A stretch of 64,000 nucleotides of DNA from Lingula anatina (GCA_051362555.1 CM120645.1:17236001-17300000), one strand, 5' to 3'; numbered from the stretch's first letter, positions 39,269-54,400 are shown. The notes: a model not told the origin generated them from the sequence alone. Numbers and translations: made by a program.

Positions 39269-42200
39269 TTATACATAATAACCTATTAGAGGGATGGAAA
39301 TAAAAACATTCCTTGTTGGTATTATATCCGGTGTTAAGTCTATCGTTAGCCACTGAGATTGCTTATGACTATATGCTTCGACTGGCAAATGCAAATCATT
39401 GAAGGCATTTGCGATACGAAAGGAAATAATGAAAAGAGATTGTATATGCACCACGGCGTCTGATTCAATGGCCTTTAATGCCTTTTGTCTTCATGGGGGT
39501 GTTTACCATTTATACCGCATCATTATCAGGGGTATAGTTAGTATTAGTCTCATCAAATATATATTATCCCTGAAATGACTTAATGATCTTACTGTGTGAA
39601 TTGCAACTGAAACTTTTTTCCTCCCTTATTTCATGTTGGAGAAATATTGAGGCATAATAATTCACCAGACCTTATTTTGCCAAATTTTGCTAATAACAAA
39701 GAATTGATTAATCTGTTACGGTATATCAGACATGAAGTTCTGTAAAGAAAAATGTGTTTTTAATCTCGGTTTGTTTATATACATGTATTTGAAATTATTA
39801 TATCTCTCCTTTGAAATACTTAATTGCAAGTGCATACTTTTCGTAAGAGGCACTTATGGTCTCAATCGTCCAATTCAATGACTTTTTTGTCACCTGCCTT
39901 AAAAGAGGTAATCACTAGTTTGAATCACCGTTTTCTGGGGTTTAGTTAGAAGCAATCTCTTGAAAATGTTCCTGACTGAATTGATTAAGTATCTGTCTTT
40001 TGCACTCTTAACACTCTTGCAGGTAAAACCCTTTCTCCACCCCTTCTTTTTTACATTTTTTCGACCCCCGGTCTGTCACCGAGTAAACAGTGCAGACCAG
40101 TCAGGGGACAGCTACACGAGGTTTGTACGCAATATAGCTTTTTAAAGATCCATCCGTAGGTTCAGGGAGCGCCTCTGTTGAAACAATCGTTAGCCATGAT
40201 AATAATTCCGTTCAGTCGGTCAATAAAAGCTCGCTGTTGCGTCTAGCACTTGAGTTATGAGAGATGCTATGATATTACATCCGCTTGTGAGCAGATAAGG
40301 CTGGGGAAATGTTTGCCACATTGAATGGAGTGTCATAAAGATTTACCTCAGCCAAGCAGCCGCAGTCAGGCTGAACGGTGCTCAACTCAGCATTTTATTT
40401 ATTTTTTATTTTTTGGTTTGAAAGACTTCACTGATGTTTTGCCTTGAGTAGTTTGTGAATTCATCTTTTCCTCGTCTTGTTGCTCCTACATGCACGTCTT
40501 TCTTCCTTTTTCACACTGTCAGTCTTTCTAACGGACTATTCTACCATTCCTCTATCCTTTTTACGTCTCCCGTCGTATCAGCTGGTGAATACACAGTTGA
40601 TACGGTGTTGATACCGCACGGCCGCTCCATCTGGTGTACACACATTACACTACTGTCTGGGGGACTGAACAGTTAACCGCTCTGAATGCCTCCACGGGAC
40701 CGGTTCAGTAGCGGCTGTAGTGGCATTAAACCGCTTGTAGTCTGAGGTAGGTGCGATGAGGAATTGATATTAAACAGCTGACCCACGCCATCGCTTATTA
40801 GCATAACGCAAAGTAAAGTATAGTATATATAGTAATGTGTGTCATTCGTAGCAGTCGCAGAAAGGTGATATAACTTTAAGACAGGAGTTACTCACCAGCT
40901 GAACAGGTGAGTTAATAAAAACAAGCTAGTAGCTTTAAACGTTTGTTTTAAGACAGGCGTCGCCGCTCTGGTATACCGTATAATAGCTTTCTAGGAGATT
41001 GGCTATCGATATGATTGTGAACAGTTAATCTGAATTAATGTTGCATTTTAGCAGGTAAACTAGCGTCCTCTGAGGTTGGCTGTATGAAGAGTTATGTTAT
41101 AGTGGATTCAAAACACCGTATTTTAATACGATTGGCTTATTTGCAATTGTTCGTGTATACAGCATAACAAATTATTAGACAAAATAGCACGTGCGCGTCC
41201 AAACGTAGGTGCATGTTTTAAAGATACTTAGCATAAGTTCAAGTCAGGTACAGCAAAGGGAGGATTGACGATGTTCATATGTGCAATACAGATGCACGGA
41301 AGCACCTCCAGTTTCGCAGGCTTTGTTAATAAGATATATCAAATTGGATCGACCTAATGTATTTTTGCAGTTACTGCACTTCGGTTTGGCATTAATTTCG
41401 AGACGTGGGAGGAAGCTAGGCGTTTTCCCTTAAAGTTGGATAAAACGAGCGGACCAACTGGTGTTTTAGAATAATGGTGTTGGAAAATACATTTATTAAC
41501 ACGTAGTTTGAAACATGCATCTGAAAAAAAAAAGAAACGAGGAAAAAGCGAATATTAGTAATACTGAATATAACCAAACCTTAAGAAATTTACCAGGGTA
41601 TCTAGTTGATAGGCGTATGGTCTTGGCACATGTAGCAATAGTAATTCCGTTAAATAACTCACCTACGCGTGCCTGTTACATAATGTAAACCTTGACTATC
41701 AGGTAATTCGCGATCGGCTGTTCTGGTTGTTGTCAAAGAGATGCCTGAACCGCCAGAGTTTTATACCGCTTTGAACTCGGTGTGTTCAGCGAGAAAAACA
41801 ACTGCAAGCGTAAAATCATATTCAGAAGTGCAGAGATAGTTTCTGGCATTCGCAAGATACTGACCAAACAAATACCATATACATGTAGAATTTTCTGTTT
41901 CGATATGACAAAATCGGATCTTTTTTTTTAATTCTTTGATCCATTGTTCTAGCCCACCCGGAGACAACATTCCTCCCAGCAGATAACATAGGGTTATTTG
42001 CATTATATTTAATATTCTAAAGAAAATTGGGGTCATTGCGACATCGTAGTGACAATTTAAGTTTTTTTTTTTTACTTCGCTGACTCGCCCAAGGGGCATG
42101 TGCTCGTGACATTTTTACTCTTACTGGTGTCGTGCGTCCTATATTGGTCACGCAAAGAACCTATGCACTCAAGTGCCAGGCTCCTACGGCAAACTTCTAA

Positions 42201-42329
42201 TTTATGAAGGAAATTATGGTAAAGGACCGAGGCGTCACAGTGTATATGTTTGCGAAACTAAAAACACTCTCCCCATTCCTTTTATACAAAAGATATAGTG
42301 CAAAGTACAAGCGTAGGCAGTCAAAAAAT

Positions 42330-42487
42330 CAGACAATCAGACAGACAGACAGACAGGCAGATAAACAGACAGACAGACAGACAGATAAACGGACAGACAG
42401 GCAGACAGACAGGCAGACAGACAGACAGATAAACGGACAGACAGACAGGCAGACAGGCAGACGACGGACAGACAGACAGTCAGACAG
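42330..42487. repeat. (GACA)n imperfect microsatellite
   Basis: Direct reading; it accounts for the QTDR-repeat ORF 42204-42509. Confidence 0.95.
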
Positions 42488-45400
42488 CGTTTTGCTGTGT
42501 GACGTATAGAATACGGTAATAATGATATAAGTTCACCCTTGGATGACCCTCTATTTTTGCCTGTATTTACGCCGGTATGAAGAGAAACAGGGCAGTGTTG
42601 TTGTATCGCGCACTCAAAGCAAAGATTAACCAGCAGTTACACGCATTTCGTCCAGCGGCAACACACAGCGTAAATCTCTGCAGAGATTTCGTCAACACTT
42701 CAAGGGTTAAGTCCAGGGAGCGCAGAGTGTTAATCCCGCGTTAATCCAGCGCTATTTTGATGCTAAGTGCTTCAATCATGCATGCTTTTTCCTTCCCAGG
42801 TGAATTCTTATGTATCCAGCGCATTAGAACTAGCAGTAACCCTAAACGTTTATCAAAAATAACAATCATTTTGAAATTCGCAAATTTACACATCGATAGC
42901 CTATCTGATTTAATGTGTTCTGATAAGAAATTCAAATTGAAACTGAGTGTTAGCAAATGGAAAGGCGTAAATAGATCAGGCGGAGGATTGAATTAATTAC
43001 ATATTTATTTGGGATCTTACTACGAAAAGTGTTGTGTTAACATATTTCCTTATGTGTAACTAAAGAAAAGGAGTGTTGCAATTAAGCAAGGCTTACCTAC
43101 CAGTAGTGCAGGGGCAACACCCCCCTCTCTCGTCATAAGCATTTTCATTGGCTGTATAATTATCACTGCACCCACATTTTTGGTGATATTGTTGTGACAT
43201 TGGGCAATCGTAATCCTAACAGCTTTTACTATGATAGAAAATGGAGAAAATCACTGAATTTCTTGTGTAACTACACCGATCCTCTGATTGTAAAACAAGA
43301 TAATGAAAAAATACACACGATAGACTAGAAGCATTAGTATTAGATAAAATCAAAATATCAGATTGGGTTGCTTCTAGTGCCCTGTACCACTATTAATTAA
43401 CATTTTAATTTGATCATCATTGTTGCACTTTCAAGCATCCAGAGACCATCTTAGATAAACATAATGTATGAAACGCAAGCGTCCAGTATTCGGCCCAGTG
43501 GCAGCTCGCCTGCGACGAGTCGCTCCAACTTTCATAACCGAAACCCCCCGTCTGCCCGACGACCTCATGCTATCTTGTCTTAGACACGTGCAGAAATGGA
43601 ATGTAATAACGTAACATAAAGATTCTGTCTGTTCCGTCAGAAAATCAGGCGAGTGGCTGATTAGTGTAGTAACCAAGGAAAGGAAAATTAGACATGAGAG
43701 GAGCCAGAGCGAGTTGCTGAAAATTAACCGTCTTTTTACAAAACTTGTCAAGATGAATGAGGAGACCATTAGCTAACTAGAGGAAAAGTCCATAAGGTCT
43801 GGTCAGAAAATAAGCTTAGAAATGAACGTGCTATTCTATTTTTGCGAGTGTAAAATATTTGGAGTGTTAAAAATCCAAAATGTCCCAATATAATTACTTT
43901 TGGGTCTGCTAGCTTAATGTCCCTTAGAATAAAATAATTTTTTCGTCAATCAACAGCTAAATATTGGAATTGTTTACCTTCAATATTTCGTTGTCTGTCA
44001 GAGCATCTTCATCAGGATATGAGGCTATGCAGGTAAATAGCCTCTATTCAGGTGATTTACTTGTACCCCGACCCCCACTTAATTGGGTAGTTTGGTGGCC
44101 GGGGTGGGGGGGGGGGGGCAAGTATATCTTCCGAGTTTTTTACCCGGAAAGGTGCTTTTCATGAAGGTATGAGAACGAAAGATAAGACTTTACTATTTTC
44201 ATTATTGTTTCATATTATTTACAAAAAGTAAATTTTGAGATCTTTAAGGTTGCTACTAGTAATGTGTAAATGTTGGATGTTGTATCATATTGAGGGGTAG
44301 CCTTCCTGTTACAAATAGCGTGAATAATCTTTATCTTTGGCTTGGGCGTTAACATTGCATGTCCTTGGTGATGTCACATTATTGATGACGCGTGCAGGGA
44401 GATACAGAAGTGGAATCGCAATCTCAACTAGTATCTTGATTAAAATATTTATATTAAAAATGAGCAATGGGGATCGATGCCTAGTTCAAACTCTATAATT
44501 CTAATGGAAGCATCCATACAATCTAAAACGAGGCTGTTGGCACTGCTTGACGTCATTCTAGACCAGAAAAAGTGCGAGGATTCGCGTGAGGTGAGAATAA
44601 TTCTTTAGCGATAAAGATGAAATTCTTTGCGTGAAAAGTCGTCCGAGAGAGCAATACATATAATCATGTTGCATTCGTACTGTTGTGCAGAAAAATATCT
44701 GGCTAATTCATCGCACTAAACTCTCTATTCTGCCATTATTTCTGATCCCACTCTACAAACCCTCGCCTGATTTTACTCCAAGTAGCCAGATTTTAGGACA
44801 TCTCAGTGAATCCCCATCAATGTGCACTTTTTCTCAGGCGATAAATCCAACAATGCAACTTTCCCGACGTTATTACCTGACTTGTTCATTTGTCACTAGG
44901 CAGGATGAAAGATCAGCCGATCGCTCTTTGTGCAGTCTTCAAATGTGACAGGACAAGAAAATTGATAGTATAAAAACTATGTAAAAAGTATGCTAGTCTG
45001 TGCAGTTGGTTTTTTGCAATAGGTACACTTTACATGATTTGAGGTAAACGTATACTTCGCATGATAATGAAGTTTATGAAGAGTTATTAAAATAAAGTTG
45101 ATCAAAGTGAATGATTTTGCTTGCTATCAAGGATGCTGAAAGATAATCGAAAGAAGAGGCTTTTTCTCTAAAATGGATGTTTATCAAAGAAAAATAATTA
45201 CAAACGTGAGAATTATCCATAAAAGAAGCAATTAAAGAAACTAATGGTACGAATAAGAGAAGCGTGATGACAAATTTTGATGGCTGCTGGAAATGTTTTC
45301 TGTTCTAAACAGTCCACGGCGTCATTAGTGTGGGTCTTACGTGCATATATTCAGTGAGGTGGATGTAATTACATTCACTATGAAATTAGACGTTAATATC

Positions 45401-46202
45401 TGTTCCTGGAAGGATAGGGTTTAATCAAGTTTCTAAAATAGATGAAAGATTACTTTTGTTTATAAACTCTCGTGATTGAGCTGCGTGGGTTGAGAACTAT
45501 GTTATGGTAATCAAAGAAAAAGCAGTGAGGTGCGCTGAGTTACGTTGCATATTTTGCTGTAAATGTAACATTTTCCAAGAGAAAAGAGAAATATGCTTTT
45601 TAAGAACCTCAAAGTAATTTCACAGATCAATATTTTCCATAACATCTAGGGGTTTTCTGACAAGGAATACATTATATACCGGTACACTCTTAGGCCTACT
45701 GGCAGCTGATCTAAGCAGACGTGTTTTCACATAAATGATATCTTTGTCTGTATTCTAAAGTGTTTTAATTATCCTACTGCACTTTTGTAAATAAGTGTTA
45801 ATTTTGTCAAGTTTAAAACATTTTTGAAAAAATATCAATGAGAAATAGTGAATAAGCAAAGAGCCTTTATGATCCCGGTGTCAAAGACCATCGGTCGGGC
45901 GTCCGCAATCAAACGGCGATCATTTCCACACAGAACTATACTTTATACAGATACGACTTCTCCAATCAACAGATTGTATTGACATCAGTAAAAAGGACAA
46001 AAAAAAATCGAGCAACTTGTCTTCTTTGCAGTTAAACTTAACGCTTTAAAGCCAGAATTGCTACAACACAACACAAAACAAAAATCCTGTGGCGTCTCTA
46101 GTTATTTTTTCCACTCGCTTTGTACGCAGACGTGAATGCAGTTGCATGTCTTTGAATCCTTAGATCAGTTACCATCAAAGTCATGATGTATCTCTAGCTA
46201 AC

Positions 46203-46452
46203 TTAGGGTTGTAGTAAAGTAGGCACGTTGGTGGCATAGTGGGCAGACTTTAGATTGTGATGAACTAGGCAATTCCAAGTTGAAGGCATAGTGGGCAGAC
46301 TTTAGATTGTGATAAACTAGGCAATTCCAAGTTGATGGCATAGTGGGCAGACTTTTGATTGTGGTAAAATGGGCAAATTGATGACATATAGTGATCAGTT
46401 TTTTAGATCGTGATAAACAAGGCAAGTTGATGGCACATTGGTCAGACTTTAA
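46203..46452. repeat. Minisatellite, about 5 copies of a 46-52 bp unit
   Basis: Unit GGCATAGTGGGCAGACTTTAGATTGTGATRAACTAGGCAA(TTCCAA)GTTGAW; copies diverge toward the ends of the array. Confidence 0.9.
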
Positions 46453-49400
46453 AGGCGTCCCCATCGTGGCATAAGCACTTGTGGATCCAGGATTTTTCCT
46501 GGGGATAAAAATACTGTTGTGCGAATGTTACCTTCGTTATCTCTCCTTTTATTTAGAAGGAGACGGGATAGAAGAGGGCACATCTAGGGTTGAGGAATGG
46601 GATCATGTCCAACGTGTAGAACTGCTTCTGATTAGCTATATGCACACTGCATGACTTGCTTTGTACCATATACCTTATGTGTTATCAAGTGTAGTGTCGA
46701 GGTCATGGAGTGATTTTCTACAGTTTTTGTAGAGATTGTACATGTAAGAGGGCTTGGATAAAGTGGACAGGTCAGCTTGGTGCAACTCTGAAAGATGGAT
46801 TTCTGAAAAAGTGGCACGGCCTTGCCCTGTATGCTAACAGGTTTAGAGATTGATGCCTCATCTACTTGCATAGCGTATGAAGACAGAATGTATATTAATG
46901 TCAGAAGGGGCCGTCAGTAGCTGTAATGGTTGACGGAATCCGCTATCAGCACTTCTCTCAGTCTTTGGCACTTATCCATATCGAGGACTTCAGATCTGTG
47001 CCAGGAAAAAGAACAAGGAAGTAAAGCTAACCTTATCAGTATTCTCACTGAGTCTAGTACGCGATCGTATAAACGGCTACTTGATGTATTAGATCTTGAT
47101 TTCAACAGACAGGTTTGGCCAAGTTTCGTTTTTTGTCGTCTCCACTGCAGATTCAGAGAAGTGATGTTTCGCTTCTTACTTTTCACTTTTAGCCATTTCA
47201 TGGATGTTGAACGAGCTTATAATATTAAGAGGAAAACGTTCAATTACCCTCCAAACTCCCAATGTGTTTTATCTTACTTATACATCGGTTTGTTGGAATT
47301 GAAACATCTGTTAGTAGCTTGTACCCTTGTACTCCTGTAGATAGCATTCCAGTATAAGAGACTTTCGTCATGGAGTTTTTGGACAAGGTCAGAGTAAAGA
47401 TATTATTTAAAAAGAAAAAGGCAGGTAGAGCTGATATTTCTATTGTCTGACGTCTATGGAGATATCTCCTTTCCCTTTTGCAGTCTCTTTGCCGAGCTAC
47501 TGTTGTGCCAGAGGTATGAAGGGGGACTGAACTAAGTGTCGAGGTCACTGCGACGAGTCGCTGGCGAACCAAAGTTGGGTCGATCTCGAAGGTTGATCGA
47601 GGTTCTGTAGCGCGCAACGCGCCGTCGGCCTCCCGAATCGTTGTGTTCGATCGCACGGTGCAGAAACTTAGCAGAAACTTAGCTCTTGGTATCTTGCTTA
47701 TTGCTCAAATAGTTTATGAAAAAGGATTCCAATTTTAGGTTGCCAGAATCGTATTTGAAACACTAGGAAGGTTAGACTCTTATTTCAATGCCCCAGGTAG
47801 GACTGCATGCTTCACCAGCACAACAAACACAGTGATATACTATATCTGCGCCTCTCCAACTAACAACCCTAATGCTGCTAAGTAGACTTTGACTAGGTGA
47901 CACCTAGGATAAATTACCTTTGAGAATATGGGACCAGTGCTTCAGATTATTGTTGCATTGAAAAATGGTAATTATCATAGGACGGAATTAAAGCGTAAGC
48001 CTATGTTTAATTCATTTGCTGAAGAGTAGATTCGATTTGATTTTCCTTTTTTCTTTTGAGATATTCGCAGCAAATTTATCTCAGAAAGAAATAATTAGAT
48101 CATCGACTGATTCCCTATGAAACTTTACTTTAATGAATCCCAGGAAATAAATCACTATAAATGCATTGATTTATAGAATGCTTGATCTCGTCCTACTAGC
48201 CTGCCGCTACTAGGTCAGGACTTCTCAGTTTGTCCGTAATCTCAGAATAAATTTTTTATATTCCCCACCTTTCATTGTCTCCTTTTTAAATTTCGTATTT
48301 ATCTGTATATCACGTTGCGATGGCTTTCCTGTAAGTATACGGTGTAAGTTGATGCATCGAAGCACGGACATTCGTTGTGTTTACACTATAGCGGTACATG
48401 TACATTTTAGATATCTGTCAAACAATAGCTAGAAACTTGATTGTAGAAATACACACAGATATCTGATAAGGCCTTTGGTATAGGTTATTTAATCACATTT
48501 TGTTTTGCGTGTGCTTGCATATTAAACGATTCCTTAACTGCCGTAGAATACGGTGATGCGAACTTGCTTTTAGAGTAATGACTTGATAACTGCCATCTTT
48601 ATCATTAACAGACAATCGTGGGCGAAAGCTGTGACAGACGTTTTCCATTATCAGTAAATGAACGGGCGAGGTGATAGTTTGATCAATGCTTTCTCATATT
48701 TATGACCGTGATTGCGGCAGCAGGCTGTGCAGCCGTCTGAATTCTGTGAGTGTTGTCAGTCAAGTACGCATAAATAAACGGAAAAAGAGAAACGGTGTCC
48801 CAGAAGGGGGGGGGGGCATATATCGCAGCTTTTACAGCATAGACGCATCATTTGTTCACAGTCCTATTTTCAATTTATATAAATATATTGAAACTTTATT
48901 GTTTGATGTGACACTGTTGTTCAATTACACATTTAAAAAGATATCTAAACAGGTAATAAAAAGGCACTGAAGGGCTGTCCTCTCATTTTCCTCGACTCTC
49001 GTATCTTAGAATGGTGGGACCTGCTCTTGGGTAACTACTAGTAAGTGTTGGGTAGCAATGATGTTTAGATATTAAGCCATTTAAATGCAAAGAGAAGGGC
49101 ATAATATGAAAAAGTGACCTGTTGAAAATATAATACCGGATATTTACATCTTCCGCGAGGGAGCAGAGCTTTCATCTGAGACTAGTTTCATCCCAAAGTC
49201 GAGCCGATTCCCAGTAATACTCCTCCAAACGCCAGGAGCATGAAGCAGACGAAGAGATATTCCATACTGCGATGCATTGTTAATTATTAATTTCGCTAAT
49301 ATTTTTTTCGTAATTTGAAGTATTTCATTATTGTATTTACGTAATAAGACATGTTTCAGATATGGATAATTATATCGAGACATAATATTTAAAACATAGA

Positions 49401-50153
49401 GAACAGTTATATCGTAAGTGATATTCAGTTTTCTTATCCCCAAACAAACGTACAAGTAAGATAATAGGGTTCGCGATTTAAAAATTAGTTGTATGCGTCA
49501 TAATGTACCTGTTATCTTTTACTTCCCATTAGATGTCAGGTTTAATTTTTTTTCCATGGGTTCTAACTAACAGCGAATGGAAAAACTTCATGGAAATGTT
49601 TCTCCTGTATGCGGAAGCGCATTTCGTAATTTTTAGGTTTTGTTTTGTCAGAAACTGTCTTAGGTTACATCTTTCATAACATGTCTCTCATAACAAGCGT
49701 TTCTCATACCGCAGAAAGTAAACTTTAAACTGTATAATATCTAGTAAGCCCTATTCCAGCCTGTGCTGCCGTTCTCTTTATTGTAAAAAAACTGTTAACA
49801 TTAAATATGTTATTGCGCAGATATCACATATGATAAATTCTTTTGTGTCCGAGACATGTTTCTTTTGACCCCAAGGCTATGCTGTTTTTATTTTCTAACA
49901 TTTTTTAACATTGTAATGGGTAAAGATTAAAAACCAATCTGCTGTAGGTGTCTTACGGATTTTCTGATTTTGAAGATGTAATTGTATAATGGAGTGGGAT
50001 GCGAGAGCTCAATGCAATAGTAATACTCATGTCAAATTATCGTTTGTCGACAAAATTTCGAAATACAAGTCGTGTTTCTATCCATTTTTGTTTATTCAGT
50101 AAATTCGACAACTTATATGACACATATATACAATATGCTGTTTCTTTTAACAG

Positions 50154-51414
50154 GACGTTGGACTGAGCCTTCACCTCATACATGGTCAAACGTAAACAGC
50201 GTCAGGCTTGGTGACGGAGCAGACGTTCAAGAGCCAAGGACTCACGGCCACAGCAGAAACGCAGAAAGAGCTTTCGATAAAGTCGGAGTCAGTAACCGAA
50301 GTGTAGAGGCGTCGTTGACTGACCCAAACATTAAAACGTGCGTTTTAACGCCACCAGCAGACGGTGAGAGATACAGTGATGCGTTGGATGACATAAACAC
50401 AGTGCACCAAGCGACCAAGAAAACCAGGGAATTGCGTACGCTACAAGTGAAAGATTATAACAGCGACCCTGGAAGGATTTATACAACAAAAACACACTGT
50501 ATCGACAAGGGGAAACTACTAAATACTTGTAAAGAACCAAATAACCTAGGATCGGAAAAGGGAAAACTTTCAGCTTCGAATGAGAAAAAAAGACTTAGCC
50601 ATCGAAAAAACAAACGTGATAACGGTTTATTATTGACCAGGGACCATGAATCAAATAGGGATGCGGTCTTGTGTGAACTTCGAAGTATATTCGTAGACAC
50701 TTCTATGTCATCAGACTTGCACAATATCATCATGGATATAAATCATGACAGGGCTGAATATTCTTCCTCTTCTCACAGCAGCAGCAGCAGCACGAGCAGC
50801 TCAGGTCACCGCCACTACTCCCATAAACTGTACAAAAACCACAGCTGGCACCCGGGTATGCCAGAGGACGGTTGTAACGGTTATCACCGTCCCAGACGTA
50901 ATAAGCGTTATGCCAGCGTAGACAGCGCAGACGAGTACTCTGTTCTTAAAATATCAGATGTTGATTTTTACTACCGTGACGTCGACATCACGGGCCCGAC
51001 CCCGGAAGTTCGATTTCCCTGGCAACGGGATATAGCAGTGCAGTGTGAGCTCATTCAAAAGAATAACAATAATGATGAAACGAATGTGAACAGGAACATA
51101 GTGTCCGGGCTTGGTGGTAGCAATGGCTGCTATAACGCTAATGACGGGATCGGCACTGCGAACCGAAATGATCGAAGTCGCATTCATCGATCCAATTCTT
51201 CGGAAGGCAGGAGTGCAGATTTCATGCGCGCTGGAAAGACTGGACGCAAGCACGTGAGACCGCATTCTATCACCCTCCCCGAGGACTACCATCTCCCGGG
51301 CTTCAGCCCCGGTATCCCGCGGTGGAATTCGTATGATTTGAATGGACTGGGACTCCTGCCTCGTCAGTTCGCGGCAAGACACAGTATTCCAGAAGACCCA
51401 GAGGATATGGCCGG
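50154..51414 (+). CDS. Large internal coding exon (about 420 codons), probably of gene 3; low-complexity, no domain recognised
   Basis: Lies within the 448-codon ORF 50072-51418. Acceptor TTTCTTTTAACAG|GA is phase 1, matching the donor at 16141; donor GCC GG|GTAAGG is phase 2. Coding-like composition with a Ser/His-rich tract. Confidence 0.85.
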
Positions 51415-54400
51415 GTAAGGGACTGAGGTCTTTTCACTTTTTATATCCAGGTGCAATTACGTAGCGCTGCTAATCTTCTCTACTGAGAACATTATTAATT
51501 TATACATGTAGATAAGAATTATATAAATAATGCTCTTAACCACACACACTCAAAAGAAAGGTAGTGAAGTTACGTCCTCAAGCACCGGTAAAGACAGCGC
51601 AATTCATGATTACGTTTGGTTGAGATTTTCTGTTACAATAATAAGGCTGAATGGTACCTAAATATATATTACTTTTTTTAATCTAGCATATGCCATCGTT
51701 GGACACTTGTAGAATTTTATTGTATTTTTTGTCGGTGTTTTGTTGACTTGAGTTTGTGCTTGGGAATGTAATGCAACAACCGATTCTTTCAACACAAATT
51801 GGTCTTATCTCTGCATGTAAGTTCCTTCTTCTCACCACGAACAACGCACGTGACTTCTTACCTATTGTTTTTGTTGTTTTTAAACTGTTATTCGTTCTAA
51901 CTAGAAACAAAGCATCATTCCTATATTCAACAAAAGTAAGCGTATTTTTCAGGTTTTATAGGTAACAGGTACGTGTAGCGGGAGGGGGGGGGGTCGCATA
52001 ATTATTTGCCGAATGTTTGATATAGTTTATAAAAAAAGGTAAATATTAGCGTTTGCTTACCGAGTCCTCTTGAGTTTGGAAAGATGTGACGATAGATGCA
52101 GTGCTGACATAATCGTTTTTCAGTTAGGCATATCTATCTGATTCATATAAGTTTTCCAGTGGTTTTCGAGCTGGTCATTTCGCTGATGATCACCAGAAAA
52201 TGATGGCCCTAATGGTTGGTTGATTTCCATAAGAGAAAATCGATCCTAAAACCAGCGTAAACAAGATGATGTCAATTTAATGACGAAATGATCTGGAGAC
52301 GGCATAAACGTGCACTCTATTCTCACTGCATGTCTGCAGAGAAGAAATACGCCGATTCCGAAACTAGATTTCATGCACACCTATGGCACTCTCTGCTTTG
52401 CTGGGCAAGGTCAGAATCTCTAGAGTTCATCTTTCATCTCTGATACGTGAGATACATTAATTGGCTGGTTCTGAACCAGATTGTTGGCAGCAGGCTGTCT
52501 GTTTTGTCCGGGATAGGTCAAACAGATTGTTTAGTGCCGTTAGAAAGTGGTATTTTACAAGATGCCATTTAACTTAAAAGCATCGTGTTAGATCGAATGG
52601 CTCTTATCTACTGGACGCACCCGTACACTGGGCGTTGATTCCCCATCTTCCTGTCTTCTATCACAGCACCCTGTTAGCTAATTGAGTTCGGCACGTCAAG
52701 CGCGGATAGGTGAGCTAATCCGTGCGACTAGAAACCCAGGGTGGGGCCAAATAAAGAATCACTGAGACACTTCAGCATTTCCGCGGGATAGACACCCTTG
52801 ATATCAGTCGTGAACTTAAACGTTATCGCATAGTGAAGTTATAATAACGGTATGACAAGGATGGTACATGTAGTTCTAAAATGGAAGTCCAGGGCTGCAT
52901 ATGATAAGTATAGGTTAGGGGTAGTCGAAAGTAGTGGGTAAATACATAGGGCGAATGTCACCTGTGCAGAGTAATAGGAAACGGACTTCGGTTTCTAGCA
53001 GACTACCATTCCTGTCACACCTGATCTCAACAGTCGAGACAGACAATTGCCTCAAATACGACGACATTTGTTCATTAAATTATCATCCACCAAAATGATT
53101 TTAAATCCTTCTTAAAAATAGATTGGCTCATTCAGTACATTTTTGACCAGAAGGAAGTGTTTTTGTATAAGGCCTATAGCAGTTGGGTTATCCTGGATTT
53201 AATATAGGCTGATGGGCAACTGAGCAGTTTTTTCGTGGCGTTAGCATAAAAACAGTTAGATTTATTAAATGAAAACAGAAGTATACAAAAATGAATAATC
53301 TATTTTCCCCACGAGTGGTACACAATAGCATTATATCCATGCCAAGGCAATCTCTCAAGTGAGTGTTTTCACTCTCTTAGGAGTTTTCACTAGTTCACCA
53401 GTTCACCAGCGACTTAATTCTAAGTGCTCTTGAAGACGCTAAGGAAAATTGTACTATACAGCGTCATATTTTAACTGGTTGTCACATGTTGAATTTAGGC
53501 AACGGGGTTATATTAGAGGAGGAAAAATGCTTTATTTCAAAGAGCTTCATAACTATTTTCATTTGATTATACATATATAACACTTCAGGTTTTAGCATAG
53601 CAGTCCAGTTATTCTCATACCATATTGGGTAATTTGGTTTGGATAAGTCACCATGTTGCTATGTGGATTGTAACACGATTTGGTAATACACTTTGCATCT
53701 TGTGATCGCAAGGTTTGGGTTTACGAATAATGACGACGGAGAGCAGCCACCAAAAGCAGCAGTGAACTATTTATTTTTCTATTGCAATTAAAAAAAACAG
53801 CAGTGAACCTGTTCGATACCATGTATTAATCAGTGTGTATTTGTAGGACTGGACATAACATATCGGAGAGATCTCTAACACTACTGAACAGGGATTACAA
53901 TGCAGCTTATTGAAGTGCCATATGCTCATACAGTGTAGAGCATGGTCGGCACCTTTCCTACCTTCGACCAGTTAAACAAGCAAAATGAATACCCTATAGC
54001 TTTGTTTATATTTACCGGTTTGTGAATCCATTGCATAATTGCAGTTGATCATGACGAGTTTTCAACGTGGAGTGGGATTTTTCTAAAATCATGCTTATCT
54101 TATCAAGGGAATGCAATGACGCCAGTGAAGAGGTGTTGGGCATCTTTTTTTTTTTTATTTTGACATATCTCGCATTAAGGCGAACAAACAAAATACAATT
54201 CCTTGCATTTCGACACAATAAACAAGTCAAATGCTGCAGTTCATATGCACCATACTTTATCATAACGGTTAGAGCTCAAACTGCAGTAATTCGAGCGCTG
54301 GGGAGCGACATTTACATGCAGCCTAGGTCCATGATGCGGTTTTATTTTGTAACTCCTTCATTCATACATCGATCGATAGCTCATAAGTTAAGCAATGGCT

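Noticed and set aside
42204-42509. QTDR-repeat ORF
   Set aside because: Translation of the (GACA)n microsatellite.
46203-46452. Second CRISPR-like array
   Set aside because: The inter-repeat segments are themselves homologous, so it is an ordinary minisatellite.
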